This document shows, in pieces, positions 1 to 17,552 of a stretch of DNA of 64,000 bases (its first letter is position 1; each line of letters starts with the position of its first letter). The translations under genes and the position numbers were made by a program. The notes beneath the pieces were generated by a model. That model had not been told where the DNA came from, did not search any database, and was given only the letters and a program-made list of their open reading frames with translations. The stretch is from an uncultured Actinomycetes bacterium (lineage in GTDB: Bacteria > Actinomycetota > Acidimicrobiia > IMCC26256 > PALSA-610): assembly GCA_963784845.1 (NCBI GenBank), contig CAWASN010000007.1, positions 532,979-596,978 on the forward strand, given 5' to 3'.

Positions 1-1898
1 GCCGGTCGAGCTCCTCGATCCCGTGCGCAGCTCGTTGGCGAAAGGTGGCGACGTCCGCGCCTGCGCCCGGCACGTTCTGCGGAACGGACTCCAACCAGAG
101 GTCCTCCAGCGATGCGAGTACGAGCGGGGCCCGGCTCCGACCGAGCCATGAGAGGAGGGAGGCGAGCGCCGTCGCCGCGTCGATCGGTTGATCAGGCCCC
201 TCGTCGAGGTCGCCGGCGGCGCGCAGGGTTGCGAGGAGCCGCGTGCGCGGTACGGCTTCGAGGTCGCGCCACCAGGCCGCGAACGTCGGGGTGTCGTGCG
301 TGTCGATGCAGGCAAGCTCGGCGACGGCGGGCGGTTCCACGACGTCGGTCGCGGCGGCGGCCTCGCCGGGGAACCGGAACTCGGCGACCCACATCCCGAG
401 CGCGCGGTGTCGTCGCATGGCTTGGTCGGTGGCGCGGCGGGACCGTCCCGAGATTCTCGCCGACGATCGTCGCGCCGTGACGATGCGCAGCGAGGCAGAT
501 CGTCGCCCAGTGCTCCTCGGCGGGATAGTGCACGTACGCACCTTCGGTCGCGGACACGCCGAGCGGAACCATCCAGAGCCGGTGCAGACCCATCACGTGG
601 TCGAGCCGGATGATCCGCGCGTACTGCAGCTGTTCGCCGAGGCAGGCCGCGAGGTATGCATGCCCGTCGGCGCGGTCGGCGACCGGATCGAGCGGCGGGA
701 ACCCCCAGTCCTGCCCCGCGGGTTGGAAGTCGTCGGGCGGCGCGCCGACCGATCCGTCGCGCACGAACAGGTCGGGCCGGACCGCGACGTCGTAGCCGTC
801 GCGGTGTGTCCCGACCGGCAGATCGATGTACAGCGACTGACCTCGTGCGTCGAGGGATCGGGCGAGGCCGGCAAGTTGGCCCGCCATCGACCATTGCACG
901 TACTCATGGAACGCAACACCCTCGCGACCACTGCCTTCGACCGCGGCGCGGAATTCGGCGTACCGCGCGCGTCGGGACGCGCCGCGAGCCAGTGCTCGAG
1001 ATCGTCACGCCGACGGGCTGTGTCGCGCACCTCGGTCGCCGCGGCTTCGAGCAACGGGCGGCGAGCCGCCGCGAGCCGCGCAGGTCGAGCAGCCGTGCGG
1101 TCGGGGGTGCGGGCAGGTCGCCCGGGCCGGAGATCTCGGGCATCGAGGTGAGGTCGAGGTAGAGCTCGTTCCAGAACCGTCGGCTCACCGGCGCGTACGG
1201 GCTCGGGTCACAGGGCTCCTTACCGTGACCCGTGAACATCGCGAGCATCGGCAACGTCCCGATCACGGTGCCGCCCCGACCGGCGACCCACTGCCCCAGT
1301 CGTTCGAGCGTGCCCAGGTCACCGATCCCGGATGCCGTGCGGTCGTGCAACGCGTACACGGGTGCAAACACGCCCCACGCCGGTGGTCGCGGGCGGGGGA
1401 TGCGCGACGGTGCCGCGATGATCGTCGCGTCGGCAGTTCGGGACGCGATCTCCACCCGCAGTCGGTGACGACCCGGCGCGAAGCCTCGGGGCAGCTCGAC
1501 GGCGATCTCGCTACCGGCGCCGTCAGGCGTCGCGGCCGGCACCGCGAGGTGCGTGAGCTCGCGTCCCGTCCAACCGCACTCTTCGTCGTCGTCGGTCGTG
1601 ACCACGATCGTGTAGTCGTTGTCAATCCCTGCGGGGAGTCGTATCGGCACGATCGGGGCGGCTCCGTCCCACGCGACGACGACCGGTTCGATGATCGTCT
1701 CGCGCTGCTCGCGCCGCAGTTCCCGCGCGCGCGAATGGCGTCCTCGGGTCGGTGGATGTCGACCCGGAACATCTGGAGGATCGCGATCAGTGTGTCGTCG
1801 GAACAGGTTTGCATCGAGCCGTCCTGCGCACGCCAACGGACCTCGACGCCCTTCGACCGAGCGAGGGCGTGCAACTGGCGCCGCGCCCGGTCGCTCAC
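1..1898 (-). pseudogene. malQ: 4-alpha-glucanotransferase (amylomaltase); 3' end runs past window start; several frame disruptions
   Basis: Minus-strand pieces in three frames (ORFs 192..899, 593..1054, 904..1836, 1263..2141) read together as amylomaltase. The N-terminus is VSDRARRQLHALARSKGVEVRW (GTG at 1898). Core motifs are PPAWGVFAPVYALHD, GIGDLGTLERL, VSRRFWNELYLD, LDHVMGLHRLWMVP and GENLGTVP. DTHDTPTFAAWW then follows in a different frame and continues to position 1. Confidence 0.85.
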
Positions 1899-1906
1899 GG
1901 GATTGT

Positions 1907-5324
<3,418 letters not shown>

Positions 5325-5328
<4 letters not shown>

Positions 5329-7280
5329 GACGCGCCGGCATTCGTGGGTTCGAGCGTGAAGACATGGGCCGGTACCGAGGCCGGATCGAGTTGCACGAAG
5401 TTGTGCGGCCCGTTCCAGTTGTACGACACACCGGTCAACAGGTCGCGTACGACGTACGCCTCGTCCCACCGCCACTCCGAGGCACGGCAGGTCGAGCGAG
5501 GTCATCCCCGACTGCACCTGCCGAGGGTCGAGGTTGACCACGAAGAGCATCCGATCGGTGGCCGTGGTCTTGGTCCAGCAGACCAGCTGGTCGTTGTCGA
5601 CGCCGTGGAAGCGGAGCGTGTCGTTGCGCTGCAGCGCGGGATGGGCGCGGCGAATCTCGTTCAGACGGGCGATGAAGTATCGGAGGCTGTCGGGGCGGTC
5701 GATGTCCCAATGGCGGATCTGGTACTTCTCGGAATCGAGGTACTCCTCCGAGCCCGGTTCGCGCGCGGTGTGCTCCTGCAGCTCGAAGACCGGTCCGTAC
5801 ACGCCGTACACCGCCGACAGCCCGCCGCGAGCACGGCGCGGGCGATGAAGGTGCCCCGGGTCCCGTACTGCAGGGCTTCGTGCAGGATGTCAGGAGTGTT
5901 CGGCCACACGTTCGGGCGGAAGTAGTCGGAGAGCGGTGGGGTTGTGAGCTCGGTGAAGTACTCCGTGAGCTCGTGTTTCGAGTTTCGCCAGGTGAAGTAC
6001 GTGTACGACTGGGTGAAGCCGACCTTTGCGAGCTGTTCCATGACGCGTGGCCGGGTGAACGCCTCCGCGAGGAAGATCACGTCGGGATCGTCCTCGCGCA
6101 GCTCGCGCGAGCAGCCACTCCCAGAAGCCGAACGGCTTCGTGTGGGGGTTGTCGACGCGGAACACGCGCACGCCCGGGCCATCCAGAAGCGCACCACGCC
6201 CAGCAGGGCGGCCCAGAGCGCGACCCGGTCCTCGGAGTCGAAGTCGAAGGGGACGATGTCCTCGTAGTTCTTCGGCGGGTTCTCGGCGTAGGCAACGAAC
6301 CGTCGGGGCGGTGGCGGAACCAAGCCGGATGCTCCCGGACCCAGGGGTGGTCGGGAGCGGCCTGGAAGGCGAGATCCAGCGCGATCTCGATTCCCTTCGA
6401 CTGCGCGGCCGTCACGAGACGGTCGAAGTCGGCGAAGGTCCCGAGGGATGGATGGATGGCGTTATGCCCGCCGTCGGCGCTGCCGATCGCCCACGGGCTC
6501 CCGGGGTCGTCGGTTGGGCGACTGTCGTGTTGTTCGCGCCCTTGCGGTGCGCGAAACCGATCGGGTGGATCGGCGGCAGGTACAAGACGTCGAAGCCCAT
6601 CTCCGCGATCGTGTCGAGTCGGTCGATCACGTCGATGAGCGTGCCGGGGCGCCCCGGATCTGGTGATGCCGAACGCGGGAACAACTCGTACCACGCCGCG
6701 CAACCGGCGAGCGGCCGCTCGACGCGGATCACCGAGGTCGTCTCGAAGACGCAGCCGTCGTCGGGATCGAGTACCGCGCGCGGCACGCCACGAAGTCGTC
6801 GAGCTCGCTGCGCACAGTCGCGTCGAACGCCGTCCGCAGGCGCGTCGCCCACGCCAGGAGCTCGTTGGTGTCCTGTCCGCGAGCCTGTTTGGCGACGGTT
6901 TCGGCGAGCTGTGCGCCTTCCTCACGTTCGAGCTCGACGTCGAGGCCGGCGTCGAACTTCGCGACGATGCCGTGACACCAGGTCGCGACGGGGTCGCGCC
7001 AGGCCACCACGCGGAACCTGAGCTCACCGATCCGGTCGACCGTGAACTCACCCTGCCAGCGGTCGTTGCCGAGGGGGCGCATCCAGGTCGACTGCCAGCG
7101 GTGCTTGCCGCGCCGGCGGTGATCGAGCCGAACTGCTATCTCGTCGTGCCCGTAGGTGAACGCGTCGGCTTCGACGACGACCACCTCGTCGATGATGCGT
7201 TTGACCGCGAAGCGCCCGTGCTCCACGTCGGGACTCACGTGCTCGATCGCAACCCGTTCCCGCTGATTCGGCACCCGCAA
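5325..7280 (-). pseudogene. glgE: alpha-1,4-glucan:maltose-1-phosphate maltosyltransferase (GlgE); multiple frame disruptions; start uncertain (7274-7382)
   Basis: Fragments read [107 protein letters not shown] and [35 protein letters not shown]. The C-terminal reading LEPTNAGAS stops at 5325-5327. A GAGGAG Shine-Dalgarno lies upstream of TTG 7280. Confidence 0.85.
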
Positions 7281-7658
7281 CACCAACTCCTCGCTGACGC
7301 GCAGCAGATGTCGCCCGACCCGGCCGAGCAGACCGGGGCACCGACACCGTTCGCGAATTACCTGGACACACAGATCTCGCATTGCCCGAACGCCCGCCCG
7401 CGACGACACCCCGGGAGATACCCAGTGGAGTTCGGGACTACTCGGGACGTTCGTCGCAATTACATCGGATGTCGACGCCCGTATCCGCGGGATTGCGCGG
7501 CGGTGAATGCGGGATTACGAGCCCGCGACACCGGAGGCGGCCCGGGTGATTCGTGGACGGGTCCGCCGGTCCGCTCAGCACGCTCGAGGACGGCTCGGCG
7601 CCGGCCATGCGCGGCCGAGCCCGGCGGACTGTCAGAATCGACGGTTCCGGACTCGATC

Positions 7659-9783
7659 ATGGGGATCATCGACGTGTTGCAGGTTTGGCCGGGGAGGCCG
7701 TTTCCACTGGGTGCCACCTACGACGGTCGGGGTACCAACTTCTCGTTGTTCTCCGAGAACGCGCTGGGAGTCGAGCTGTGCCTGTTCGACGACGACGACG
7801 TGGAGACCCGGGTCGACGTCGGCGAGCGGACCGCCTTCGTCTGGCACTGCTACCTGCCCGGGATCGGACCGGGCCAGCGGTACGGATACCGGGTACGGGG
7901 TCCGTACGAACCGAGCCGCGGGTTGCGCTTCAACGCCGCGAAGCTGCTGGTCGACCCGTACGCCAAGGCCATCGACGGTCCGGTGCGCTACAAGGTCGCC
8001 AACGTGTTGCCGTATGTGCCGGGTGGCGACGGCGACCTCGAGGTCGACGACGAGGACGACGTCGAAGCGATGCCGAAGGGTGTCGTCATCGACGAGACCT
8101 TCGACTGGGAGGGTGACCGTCCGCTGAATCGCCCGTGGTCGGAGACCGTGATCTACGAGACCCACGTGAAGGGCTTCACCCGGCTGAACGAGCGGGTGCG
8201 CGAGGACCTGCGCGGCACTTACGCCGGTCTGGCCTCCGAGGTGGCGATCGAGTACCTGCGCGACCTCGGCGTCACCGCGGTCGAGCTGCTCCCCGTGCAT
8301 CACGTCGCCGACGAGGCGTACCTCATCGAGAAGGGACTCACGAACTACTGGGGTTACAGCTCCATCGGCTATTTCGCGCCGCACTCGCTCTACTCGGCCA
8401 CAGGTGCGCGAGGCGAGCAGCTGCGCGAGTTCAAGGGCATGGTGAAGGCCCTTCACCGCGCCGGCATGGAGGTGATCCTCGACGTCGTCTACAACCACAC
8501 CGCCGAGGGCAATCATCTGGGCCCGATGCTCGCGTTCCGTGGCATCGACAACCCGTCGTACTACCGGCTCTCGGCCGAGGACCCCCGGTACTACGTCGAC
8601 TACACCGGGACCGGGAACAGCCTCAATCCGGTGCACCCCAGCGTGTTGCGCCTGATCATGGACTCACTGCGCTACTTCGTCGGCAACTGTCACGTGGACG
8701 GCTTCCGGTTCGATCTGGCCGCTGCGCTTGCTCGCGAATTCCACGAGGTCGACCGTCTTTCCGCCTTCTTCGACATCATCTACCAGGATCCGATCCTGTC
8801 CCAGGTGAAGTTGATCGCCGAGCCCTGGGACATCGGCGAGGGCGGGTACCAGGTTGGCAACTTTCCCGTGCTCTGGACGGAGTGGAACGGGCTGTACCGC
8901 GACGTCGTCCGCGACTTCTGGCGGGGCGAGGCCCGCATCGGTGACTTCACCGAGCGCTTCGCCGGCTCGGCCGACCTGTACCAGCGTGACGGTCGGCGTC
9001 CCTTTGCGTCGATCAACTTCGTGACCGCGCACGACGGCTTCACGCTCGCCGACCTCGTCTCCTACAACGACAAGCACAACGAGGCGAACCTGCGAGGAGA
9101 ACCGCGACGGGACCGACGACAACCGCAGCTGGAACTGCGGCGCCGAGGGCCCGACCGACGATCCCGGGGTCAACGCCCTCCGCGGTCGCCAGCAGCGCAA
9201 CTTCATCGCGACGCTGCTGCTCTCGCAGGGCGTGCCGATGCTGCTCGGCGGCGACGAGTTCGGCCGGACCCAGCAGCGGCAACAACAACGCCTATTGCCA
9301 GGACAACGAGATCTCCTGGTACGCGCTGGGACCACGAGCCGACGCACGAGTCGTTGCGGGACTTCACCCGGCGGATGGTCAAGCTCCGCGACGACCATCC
9401 CGTGTTCCGGCGCACGACCTTCTTCGCCGGGGAGCCCGACGAGAACGGCCTCGCCCGACGTGTTCTGGTTCCGCCCCGACGGTCGGCGCATGGCCCGCCG
9501 CGAATGGGACGCGCGCGGGAGCGGACGCCTCGGCGTGTTCCTCAACGGGAACGCGCTGCGTGCCGTCACCGCCGAGGGTGAGCCGTTGCGCGACGACTCC
9601 TTTCTCGTCATCTTCAACGCGCACCACGAGCCGACCGCGTTCGTGCTGCCGACCCGACGCTTCGGTCGTCGCTGGCAGATCGAAGTGTCGACGTCGGGGA
9701 CGGGCGAGGGCGCCGAGTTCTCGGCCCGAGCCGAGGTCACGGCCGAAGCGCGGTCGCTCCTCGTGCTGAGGCGGGTGCAGTGA
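7659..9783 (+). pseudogene. glgX: glycogen debranching enzyme GlgX; frame disruptions between about 9090 and 9470
   Basis: [65 protein letters not shown] and [16 protein letters not shown] lie in ORF 6663..9581 from ATG 7659. The C-terminus ([13 protein letters not shown]..., LLVLRRVQ*) lies in ORF 9232..9783. Confidence 0.9.
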
Positions 9784-9855
9784 ACGCGAACCCGTCCCGG
9801 CCGGCGACGGCGAGAGGCGGGTTTTCGGGCGGGGGCCGGCGGGTATGCACGAGCC

Positions 9856-10179
9856 ATGCCGTGGTCTCGCCAAGGTGTTGGCGGCGAAGAACCTGCCGAT
9901 CAGGTCGATGTGCCCGACACGTTGCTCCTCGAGGCGGCCCGGCTCGGTTTCGACCTCGTCAGCTACCAGACCGACAGTGACCAGACGGTGTGGGAATGGC
10001 GTCAGGGCGACGGTCCCCGTCCGCAGTTCGTGACCGAACGGGTGGCCCGGGAGTGGATGTCGGAATGGTTGGCGCGCCAACCCGCCGCGGTCGAGCCGGA
10101 GCCGATCGAGCGTCGCCGACGCGCCCGAGCCACCTCCGGTGCCGGCGAGTTCCTGCACGAAGTTGCCGAGTCGGCGTAG
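9856..10179 (+). CDS. hypothetical protein
   Basis: 107 aa ORF with ordinary acidic/aromatic composition (DTLLLEAARLGFDLVSYQTDSDQTVWEWRQ). It lies in the gap between glgX and ftsH. No recognisable motif. Confidence 0.4.
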   Translation: MPWSRQGVGGEEPADQVDVPDTLLLEAARLGFDLVSYQTDSDQTVWEWRQGDGPRPQFVTERVAREWMSEWLARQPAAVEPEPIERRRRARATSGAGEFLHEVAESA

Positions 10180-10197
10180 CTCCGGGCGCGGGCCGGT

Positions 10198-12167
<1,970 letters not shown>

Positions 12168-12236
12168 GAACGATCCCTGCTCGAGTACCCGGTTGCAAGC
12201 TACCGGGACGCTCGGTGTTCGGGCGATACTGCACCG

Positions 12237-13324
12237 GTGATCCAGCCTCAGTTGAACGAGCTCGGGTTCTATGTCCTCGCGGGAGCGCCGCAGTCGCCGG
12301 TCGAGCTGATCGAGGAAGTCGCCGCGGGCGAGGCCCTCGGGCTCGGTTCGACGTTCATCTCGGAACGGTTCAACATCAAGGAGGCGTTCACCCTCTCGGG
12401 CGCGGTCGGCGCGACCTCATCGACGCTCGGCGTCGCGACGGCGGCGACGAATCACAACACGCGGCACCCGATCGTGACTGCCGCGCACGCGACCACGATG
12501 CACCGTCTCACGGGGGGCCGGTTCACGCTCGGGCTCGGGCGAGGGATCGCGCCCCTGTTCGACGCGTACGGCATCCCGCGCATCACGACCGCGCAGATCG
12601 AGGACTTCGTCGGCCTGATGCGGCGGCTCTGGAAGGGCGAGGTCGTGTTCGGCCACGACGGACCTGCGGGCACGTTCCCGGTGCTGCATCTCGACGCCTC
12701 CTTCGACGAGGACATTCCCTTGCTGTTCGTCGCGTTCGGGCCAATTCGCTGGCGCTCGCCGGGCGCTGCTTCGACGCGGTGGTGTTGCATACGTTCTTCA
12801 CGGACGAAACGGTCGAGCGGTGCGTCGCGGCCGTGCGACGAGCGGCCGAGGAGGCCGGACGGGATCCCGCATCGGTGCGCATCTGGTCGTGTTACGCGAC
12901 GATCGGCGACCACCTCCCCGAACCGCTGCGGTTGAAGAAGACGGTGGGACGGCTCGCCACCTACCTACAGGGTTACGGCGACCTGCTGGTCGAGACCAAC
13001 GGCTGGGACCCGGAAGTGCTCGCGCGCTTCCGTGCGGACGACGTCGTGTCGACCTTTCCGGGGGCGCTCGACACCAAGGCCGATACCGCGACGCTCGAAC
13101 ACGTGGCGACCCTGCTGCCCGACGAGTGGCTCGAACCCGCGGCGACGGGCGACGCGAAGCGGTGCGCGGCGCGGGTCCTGCACCAGTTCGACCTCGGGGT
13201 CGACGGTGTCATCATGCACGGCGCCACGCCGACCGAGCTTGCACCGATCGTCGAGGAGTACCGCACCGTCCGCCCGCCCGATCGCTTCGACGGATGCGCC
13301 GCGAATCCGGGGAGGACCCGATGA
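12237..13324 (+). pseudogene. LLM-class (luciferase-like) flavin/F420-dependent oxidoreductase; one frameshift near 12740
   Basis: GTG 12237 VIQPQLNELGFYVLAG..GLGSTFISERFNIKEA..FTLGLGRGIAPLFDAYGIP sits in the frame of ORF 11877..12935. It continues as NSLALAGRCFDAVVLHTFF...GVDGVIMHGATP in the frame of ORF 12215..13324. Confidence 0.75.
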
Positions 13325-14314
13325 CGACGATGTTGGGAACGTTCGTTCTGCGTTTCGACCTGCGCGCACCCGCGTTCGGTGCGCCGGTCGTGGACCTCTA
13401 CGCGGCCGCACTCGACATGGCGGCGTGGAGCGAGGACCACGGCTTCACGGCCATCGCCGTTTCCGAGCATCACGCCACTGACGACGGCTATCTCCCGTCC
13501 CCACTGGTCATGGCGTCGGCGATCGCAGCTCGGACGCACCAGATCGCGATCAGTGTCGCCGCGCTGTTGGTGCCGCTGTACGACCCGGTGAAGCTGGCGG
13601 AGGACATCGCCGTCCTCGACCACATCAGCCGGGGTCGGGTCTCCTACGTCGCGGGCATCGGCTACCGACCGGCGGAGTACTCGTCGCTCGGGAAGAGTTA
13701 CGGCGATCGCGCCCGCGACGTGGAGGCCGCGATCGCTCTGATGAAGCGGGCGTGGACGGGCGAACCGTTCGAGCACGAGGGCCGGCTCATCCAGGTGCGA
13801 CCGACGCCGTACTCCCAGCCGCACCCGATGTTGTGTTACGGCGGAGGGTCTCGCGCCGCGGCCCGGCGCGCGGCCCGGCTCGATCTGCCGTTCTTCCCGC
13901 AGCTGCGCTCGGACGGTCTCGTCGCCGAATACGAGTCGGAGCGCGAGCGGTTGGGTCTCCCCCCCGGGTTCGTCATCAGCCCCGGGACCGGTCCGTTGAA
14001 CGTGTTCGTCTCGGAGGATCCCGATCGGACGTGGGCCCTCATCGGCGAACACCTGCTGCACGACGCGCGGAGCTACGCCCAATGGCAGCTCGACGCCAAG
14101 ATGGACTCGGTCGCGCTCGACACTGCCACGACGGTCGACGAGCTGCGTCGCAACGACGTGTATACGGTCGTGACCCCCGCCGAGTGCGTCGAGCTCGTGC
14201 GCACACACGGTTCGCTCGCGATGCATCCGCTGTGCGGGGGGATACCTCCCGAGGATCGCGTGGCAGTCACTCGAGCTCGTCGCGTCGCAGGTGCAGCCCC
14301 GACTCGCCGAATGA
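13321..14314 (+). pseudogene. LLM-class flavin/F420-dependent oxidoreductase; probable frameshift near 14255 close to the 3' end
   Basis: ATG 13321 overlaps the previous stop (ATGA). Motifs are FTAIAVSEHHATDDGYLPSP and GRVSYVAGIGYRPAEY. As written the frame runs on over iolB to 14637. A one-base shift instead gives ...IAWQSLELVASQVQPRLAE* ending at 14314. Confidence 0.7.
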
Positions 14315-14320
14315 CGGCCG

Positions 14321-15052
14321 CTACCCCGTGTGCAGCCAGCGGTGCACAGGGTCTTCGTGCATCGCGAGCTGGCGCGGCTCGCCGACGAGCGCCCACAGGT
14401 AGTACAGGCGGTACCCGGGCGCCGCGCACACCGGGTGATATCCGCGCGGGATGCCGACGATGCTGCCGTGCTTCAAGAACACGGCTTCGGCCCGGCCGTT
14501 CGACTCGTACAAACCCTGGAACCCGAAGCCGTCGGGCCGGTCGAACCGGTAGTAATACACCTCTTCGAGCGCGTTCTCGCCGTCGCCACCGTCGTGCTTG
14601 TGAGGTGGGAACGAAGACCACTGCCCGGGCTCGTTGAACGTCTCGCCGACAAGGAGGTGACGGGCGGGAACCGCGTCGTCGATCACGTCGTGGACATCAC
14701 GCTGCCATCCGGGTCTGCCGCGCGGTTGTACGACGACTCCGTCGGGATGCACGACCACCCGTTCCTGACCGCTCGCCGCGAGCTCGTATCCGAGCGTGGT
14801 CACGAACGCGAGCTCGGCGTTGCTGCTGGCTTCGATCTCGATCGACGAGCCGGGTGGGAGATAGACCACGGTCACGCGCTGGTCGAACACCGACGTGCGC
14901 TTGGCGGGCTCACCCTCGAACGCGACCTCGCCCTCCAACAGCACCAGTGCCGCCTCTTGGCCGGCGGGGGGAGCCGCGACGTAGGAATCGGCCCCACCGA
15001 GGGTCACGATCTCGAGCCCGACGTGCGCTCCTCGGTAGGAGATCGGGCTCAT
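14321..15052 (-). CDS. iolB: 5-deoxy-glucuronate isomerase (IolB-like cupin)
   Basis: MSPISYRG...FPPHKHDGGDGENALEEVYYYRF...GYHPVCAAPGYRLYYLWALVGE. The start codon ATG 15052 overlaps the upstream stop (ATGA). Confidence 0.7.
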   Translation of the reverse strand: MSPISYRGAHVGLEIVTLGGADSYVAAPPAGQEAALVLLEGEVAFEGEPAKRTSVFDQRVTVVYLPPGSSIEIEASSNAELAFVTTLGYELAASGQERVVVHPDGVVVQPRGRPGWQRDVHDVIDDAVPARHLLVGETFNEPGQWSSFPPHKHDGGDGENALEEVYYYRFDRPDGFGFQGLYESNGRAEAVFLKHGSIVGIPRGYHPVCAAPGYRLYYLWALVGEPRQLAMHEDPVHRWLHTG

Positions 15053-16290
15053 CCGCGGAGTCCGATCGCGTGTGGGTTGCCCGGGGGCGGGAGCGGGTGG
15101 CGGAAGAGCGCGGCTGCGTTCTCGTGGCTGATCTTGGCGATCTCGTCGGCAGGAAGACCGCCGAACACGTCGCCGAAGACCTGTTGGGTGTCGGGCCACG
15201 TGCCGTCGCCGTGCGGATAGTCGGATTCGAAGGTGATGTTCTCGACTCCGATCGTGTAGCGGGTGCTCAGGGTGGACGGATCATCGATCGTCGAGAACCA
15301 GAAGTTGCGGCGCAGCACTTCGGCGGGACGCAGGGCCCCCGGGAAGTAATCGCCGTAGCCGGAGCGGTCCACGATGTTCTCGAGCCGGTCGTGCAACATG
15401 GCGACCCAGCCGATCCCGCCCTCGCTCATGATGATCCGCAGGCCGGGGTACCGGACCGGGTACGGCGACCAGAGCCATTCCGCGCACGCGCTCAGCGAGA
15501 GTTGACCGAAGAGCGTGGCTCCGAGCGGCACCATCGGCGAGCCGGCCGGCATGTCGGCCACACCCGTCGAGCCGACGTGCAGGCAGACCACGGTCTCCGT
15601 GTCCGCGCAGGCAGCGAGGATCGGGTCCCACCAGTCCGAGAAGATCGGTTCCATGCCGATGCGGTGCGGCATCTCGGGGAGCGTCACCGCGGTGAATCCG
15701 CGCCCGGCATTGCGCCGGATCTCCCGCGCGGCCTCGTCCGGATCTCCGAGGAACGTGATGCCCATCGGGACGATCCGGTCCGGGTACTTGGAGAACCACT
15801 CGTCGTGGAACCAGTCGTTCCACGCGCGCGTCACCGCGAGGCCCAACTCCGGATCGCTGCACCGCGAGAACACGCGGCCGCAGAAGCCGGTGACCTGCGA
15901 GGGAAAGTTCACCGATGCCCAGACGCCGTTGATGTCCATGTCGCGGATGCGCGCATCGACGTCGTAACAGCCCGGGCGCATCTCCTCGAAGCGTGTCGGC
16001 TCGACCTTCCAGTCTTCGCGCTTGCGGCCGACGACCGCGTTCAACCCGACTTGAAAGAACACCTGACCGTCGAAATGCCACACCTCGTGGCCTTCCTCGG
16101 TCTCGACGACCCTGGGCGCGAGCTCCTGGAGGCGTGCCGGAAGCCGGCCGTCGAACATGCCGGCCGGCTCGACGAGATGATCGTCGGTGGAAAAGAGCGT
16201 GTACCGGATCGGGCGCGGATCCGGGTCGGCTTCGAGGCCGTGCGTCTCACTCTTGCGCCAGTTGAGCCGGATGCCGGGGCTGCCAACCAT
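15049..16290 (-). CDS. amidohydrolase family protein (amidohydrolase_2 / ACMSD-like)
   Basis: Intact ORF with IRYTLFSTDDHLVEP, VWASVNFPS, VCLHVGS and ITFESDYPHGDGTWP. The stop is coupled to the iolB start. Confidence 0.8.
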   Translation of the reverse strand: MVGSPGIRLNWRKSETHGLEADPDPRPIRYTLFSTDDHLVEPAGMFDGRLPARLQELAPRVVETEEGHEVWHFDGQVFFQVGLNAVVGRKREDWKVEPTRFEEMRPGCYDVDARIRDMDINGVWASVNFPSQVTGFCGRVFSRCSDPELGLAVTRAWNDWFHDEWFSKYPDRIVPMGITFLGDPDEAAREIRRNAGRGFTAVTLPEMPHRIGMEPIFSDWWDPILAACADTETVVCLHVGSTGVADMPAGSPMVPLGATLFGQLSLSACAEWLWSPYPVRYPGLRIIMSEGGIGWVAMLHDRLENIVDRSGYGDYFPGALRPAEVLRRNFWFSTIDDPSTLSTRYTIGVENITFESDYPHGDGTWPDTQQVFGDVFGGLPADEIAKISHENAAALFRHPLPPPGNPHAIGLRG

Positions 16291-16354
16291 GGCGGCAAGG
16301 GTATTCCCGGACGAAGCGGGTGTGCCCTTGCCGCCGCGGCATGTGCATTGCGCC

Positions 16355-16918
16355 TCAGGCCTTGACCCATTCGGCGTCGATGATGAGCTTGACCCGGTCG
16401 CCGACCAGCACACCGCCGGTCTCGAGCGCGACGTTCCACTCGAGCCCCCACTCCTTGCGGCTCACCTCGGTCTCGGCGCTGAAGCCGATGCGGGTGTCAC
16501 CCCACGGCGACGCTTGTGTCCCGAGATATTCACCCCGGAGAATGACCGGGTGGGTGTTGCCGGCGACGGTCAGCTCGCCTTCGAGCGTGAACTCGCCGTC
16601 GCCCTTGTCCGTGACCTTGGTGGAACGGAAGGTGATGGACGGGTACTTCTCGACATCGAAGAAGTCGGCCGAGCGCAGGTGCTCATCGCGCTTGGGGTCG
16701 CCGCTGTCGACCCCGGCGACGTCGATGGTCGCCTCGACCGACGACTCCGTCGGATCGGTGGCGATCACGAGCTTGCCGGCGGTGACGGGGAAGCGTCCGC
16801 GGACCTTGGTGACCATGAGGTGACGGGCGCTGAAGGACACGTGAGAGTGGCTCTGGTCGAGGGTGTACTCGCCCGCGGCGGGGACGAAGGTGTCGGTCTT
16901 GGCAGTGGTACTGGCCAT
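16355..16918 (-). CDS. YceI family protein
   Basis: MASTTAKT...YTLDQSHSHVSFSARHLMVTKVRGRF...DPKRDEHLRSADFFDVEKYPSITFRS...WGLEWN. It is divergent from a MarR gene. Confidence 0.85.
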   Translation of the reverse strand: MASTTAKTDTFVPAAGEYTLDQSHSHVSFSARHLMVTKVRGRFPVTAGKLVIATDPTESSVEATIDVAGVDSGDPKRDEHLRSADFFDVEKYPSITFRSTKVTDKGDGEFTLEGELTVAGNTHPVILRGEYLGTQASPWGDTRIGFSAETEVSRKEWGLEWNVALETGGVLVGDRVKLIIDAEWVKA

Positions 16919-17028
16919 GGTGGGCTCCTCTGTGGATTCGTGGCAGGCGCAGTGTTTGCTATCGCAACGATATGCACAATGCTTGTGGGCGCAAGAACAT
17001 TCCCGGAGCCTCAAGTTAGGATCGAACG

Positions 17029-17529
17029 ATGAGCGAGCCCGAAGCTCCGTGGCTCTCCGCGCCGGAGATGGACGCCTGGCAGCGGTTCGTCCAGGCCTCG
17101 ACGGGAATCCTGGCGATGCTCGACAACGAGCTGCAGGCCGAGCGGGGCATGAGCCTGGGCGACTACGAGGTGCTCCACTTCCTCTCGGCCGGTCCCGACC
17201 ACGCGGTCCGGATGAGCGAGCTGGCGGCGAGGCTGCACCTGTCGCCCAGCGGCATCACCCGTCGCATCGACGGGCTCGTGAAGAGCGGGTTCGTCGAACG
17301 GCGACGGTGCCCGAGCGATCGGCGGGGCTCGAACGCCGTCCTCACGCCGCTCGGCTTGAAGGCACTCACGAACGCCGCGCCCACCCACGTTCGGGGCGTG
17401 CGCGAGCACTTCGTCGACCGCCTCCGGGCCGACCAGCTCGCCGCTCTCGCGTCGGCGCTTTCGGCCATCGATGTCGACGAGCAACGCGCCGCGGGCGGTT
17501 GCGACGCCGCCGGCCTCGCCGACGAGTAG
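17029..17529 (+). CDS. MarR family transcriptional regulator
   Basis: 166 aa; winged-helix core MSELAARLHLSPSGITRRIDGLVKSGFVERRRCPSDRRGSNAVLTPLG. Confidence 0.85.
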   Translation: MSEPEAPWLSAPEMDAWQRFVQASTGILAMLDNELQAERGMSLGDYEVLHFLSAGPDHAVRMSELAARLHLSPSGITRRIDGLVKSGFVERRRCPSDRRGSNAVLTPLGLKALTNAAPTHVRGVREHFVDRLRADQLAALASALSAIDVDEQRAAGGCDAAGLADE

Positions 17530-17552
17530 CACCGCCTCCCCCTTACACCACC

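Noticed and set aside
6663-7658. A 330-codon N-terminal extension of the glgX ORF, giving the 972 aa ORF 6663..9581.
   Set aside because: The extension is the antisense shadow of glgE and is Arg-rich with no motifs. The GlgX family sequence begins at [23 protein letters not shown], at ATG 7659.
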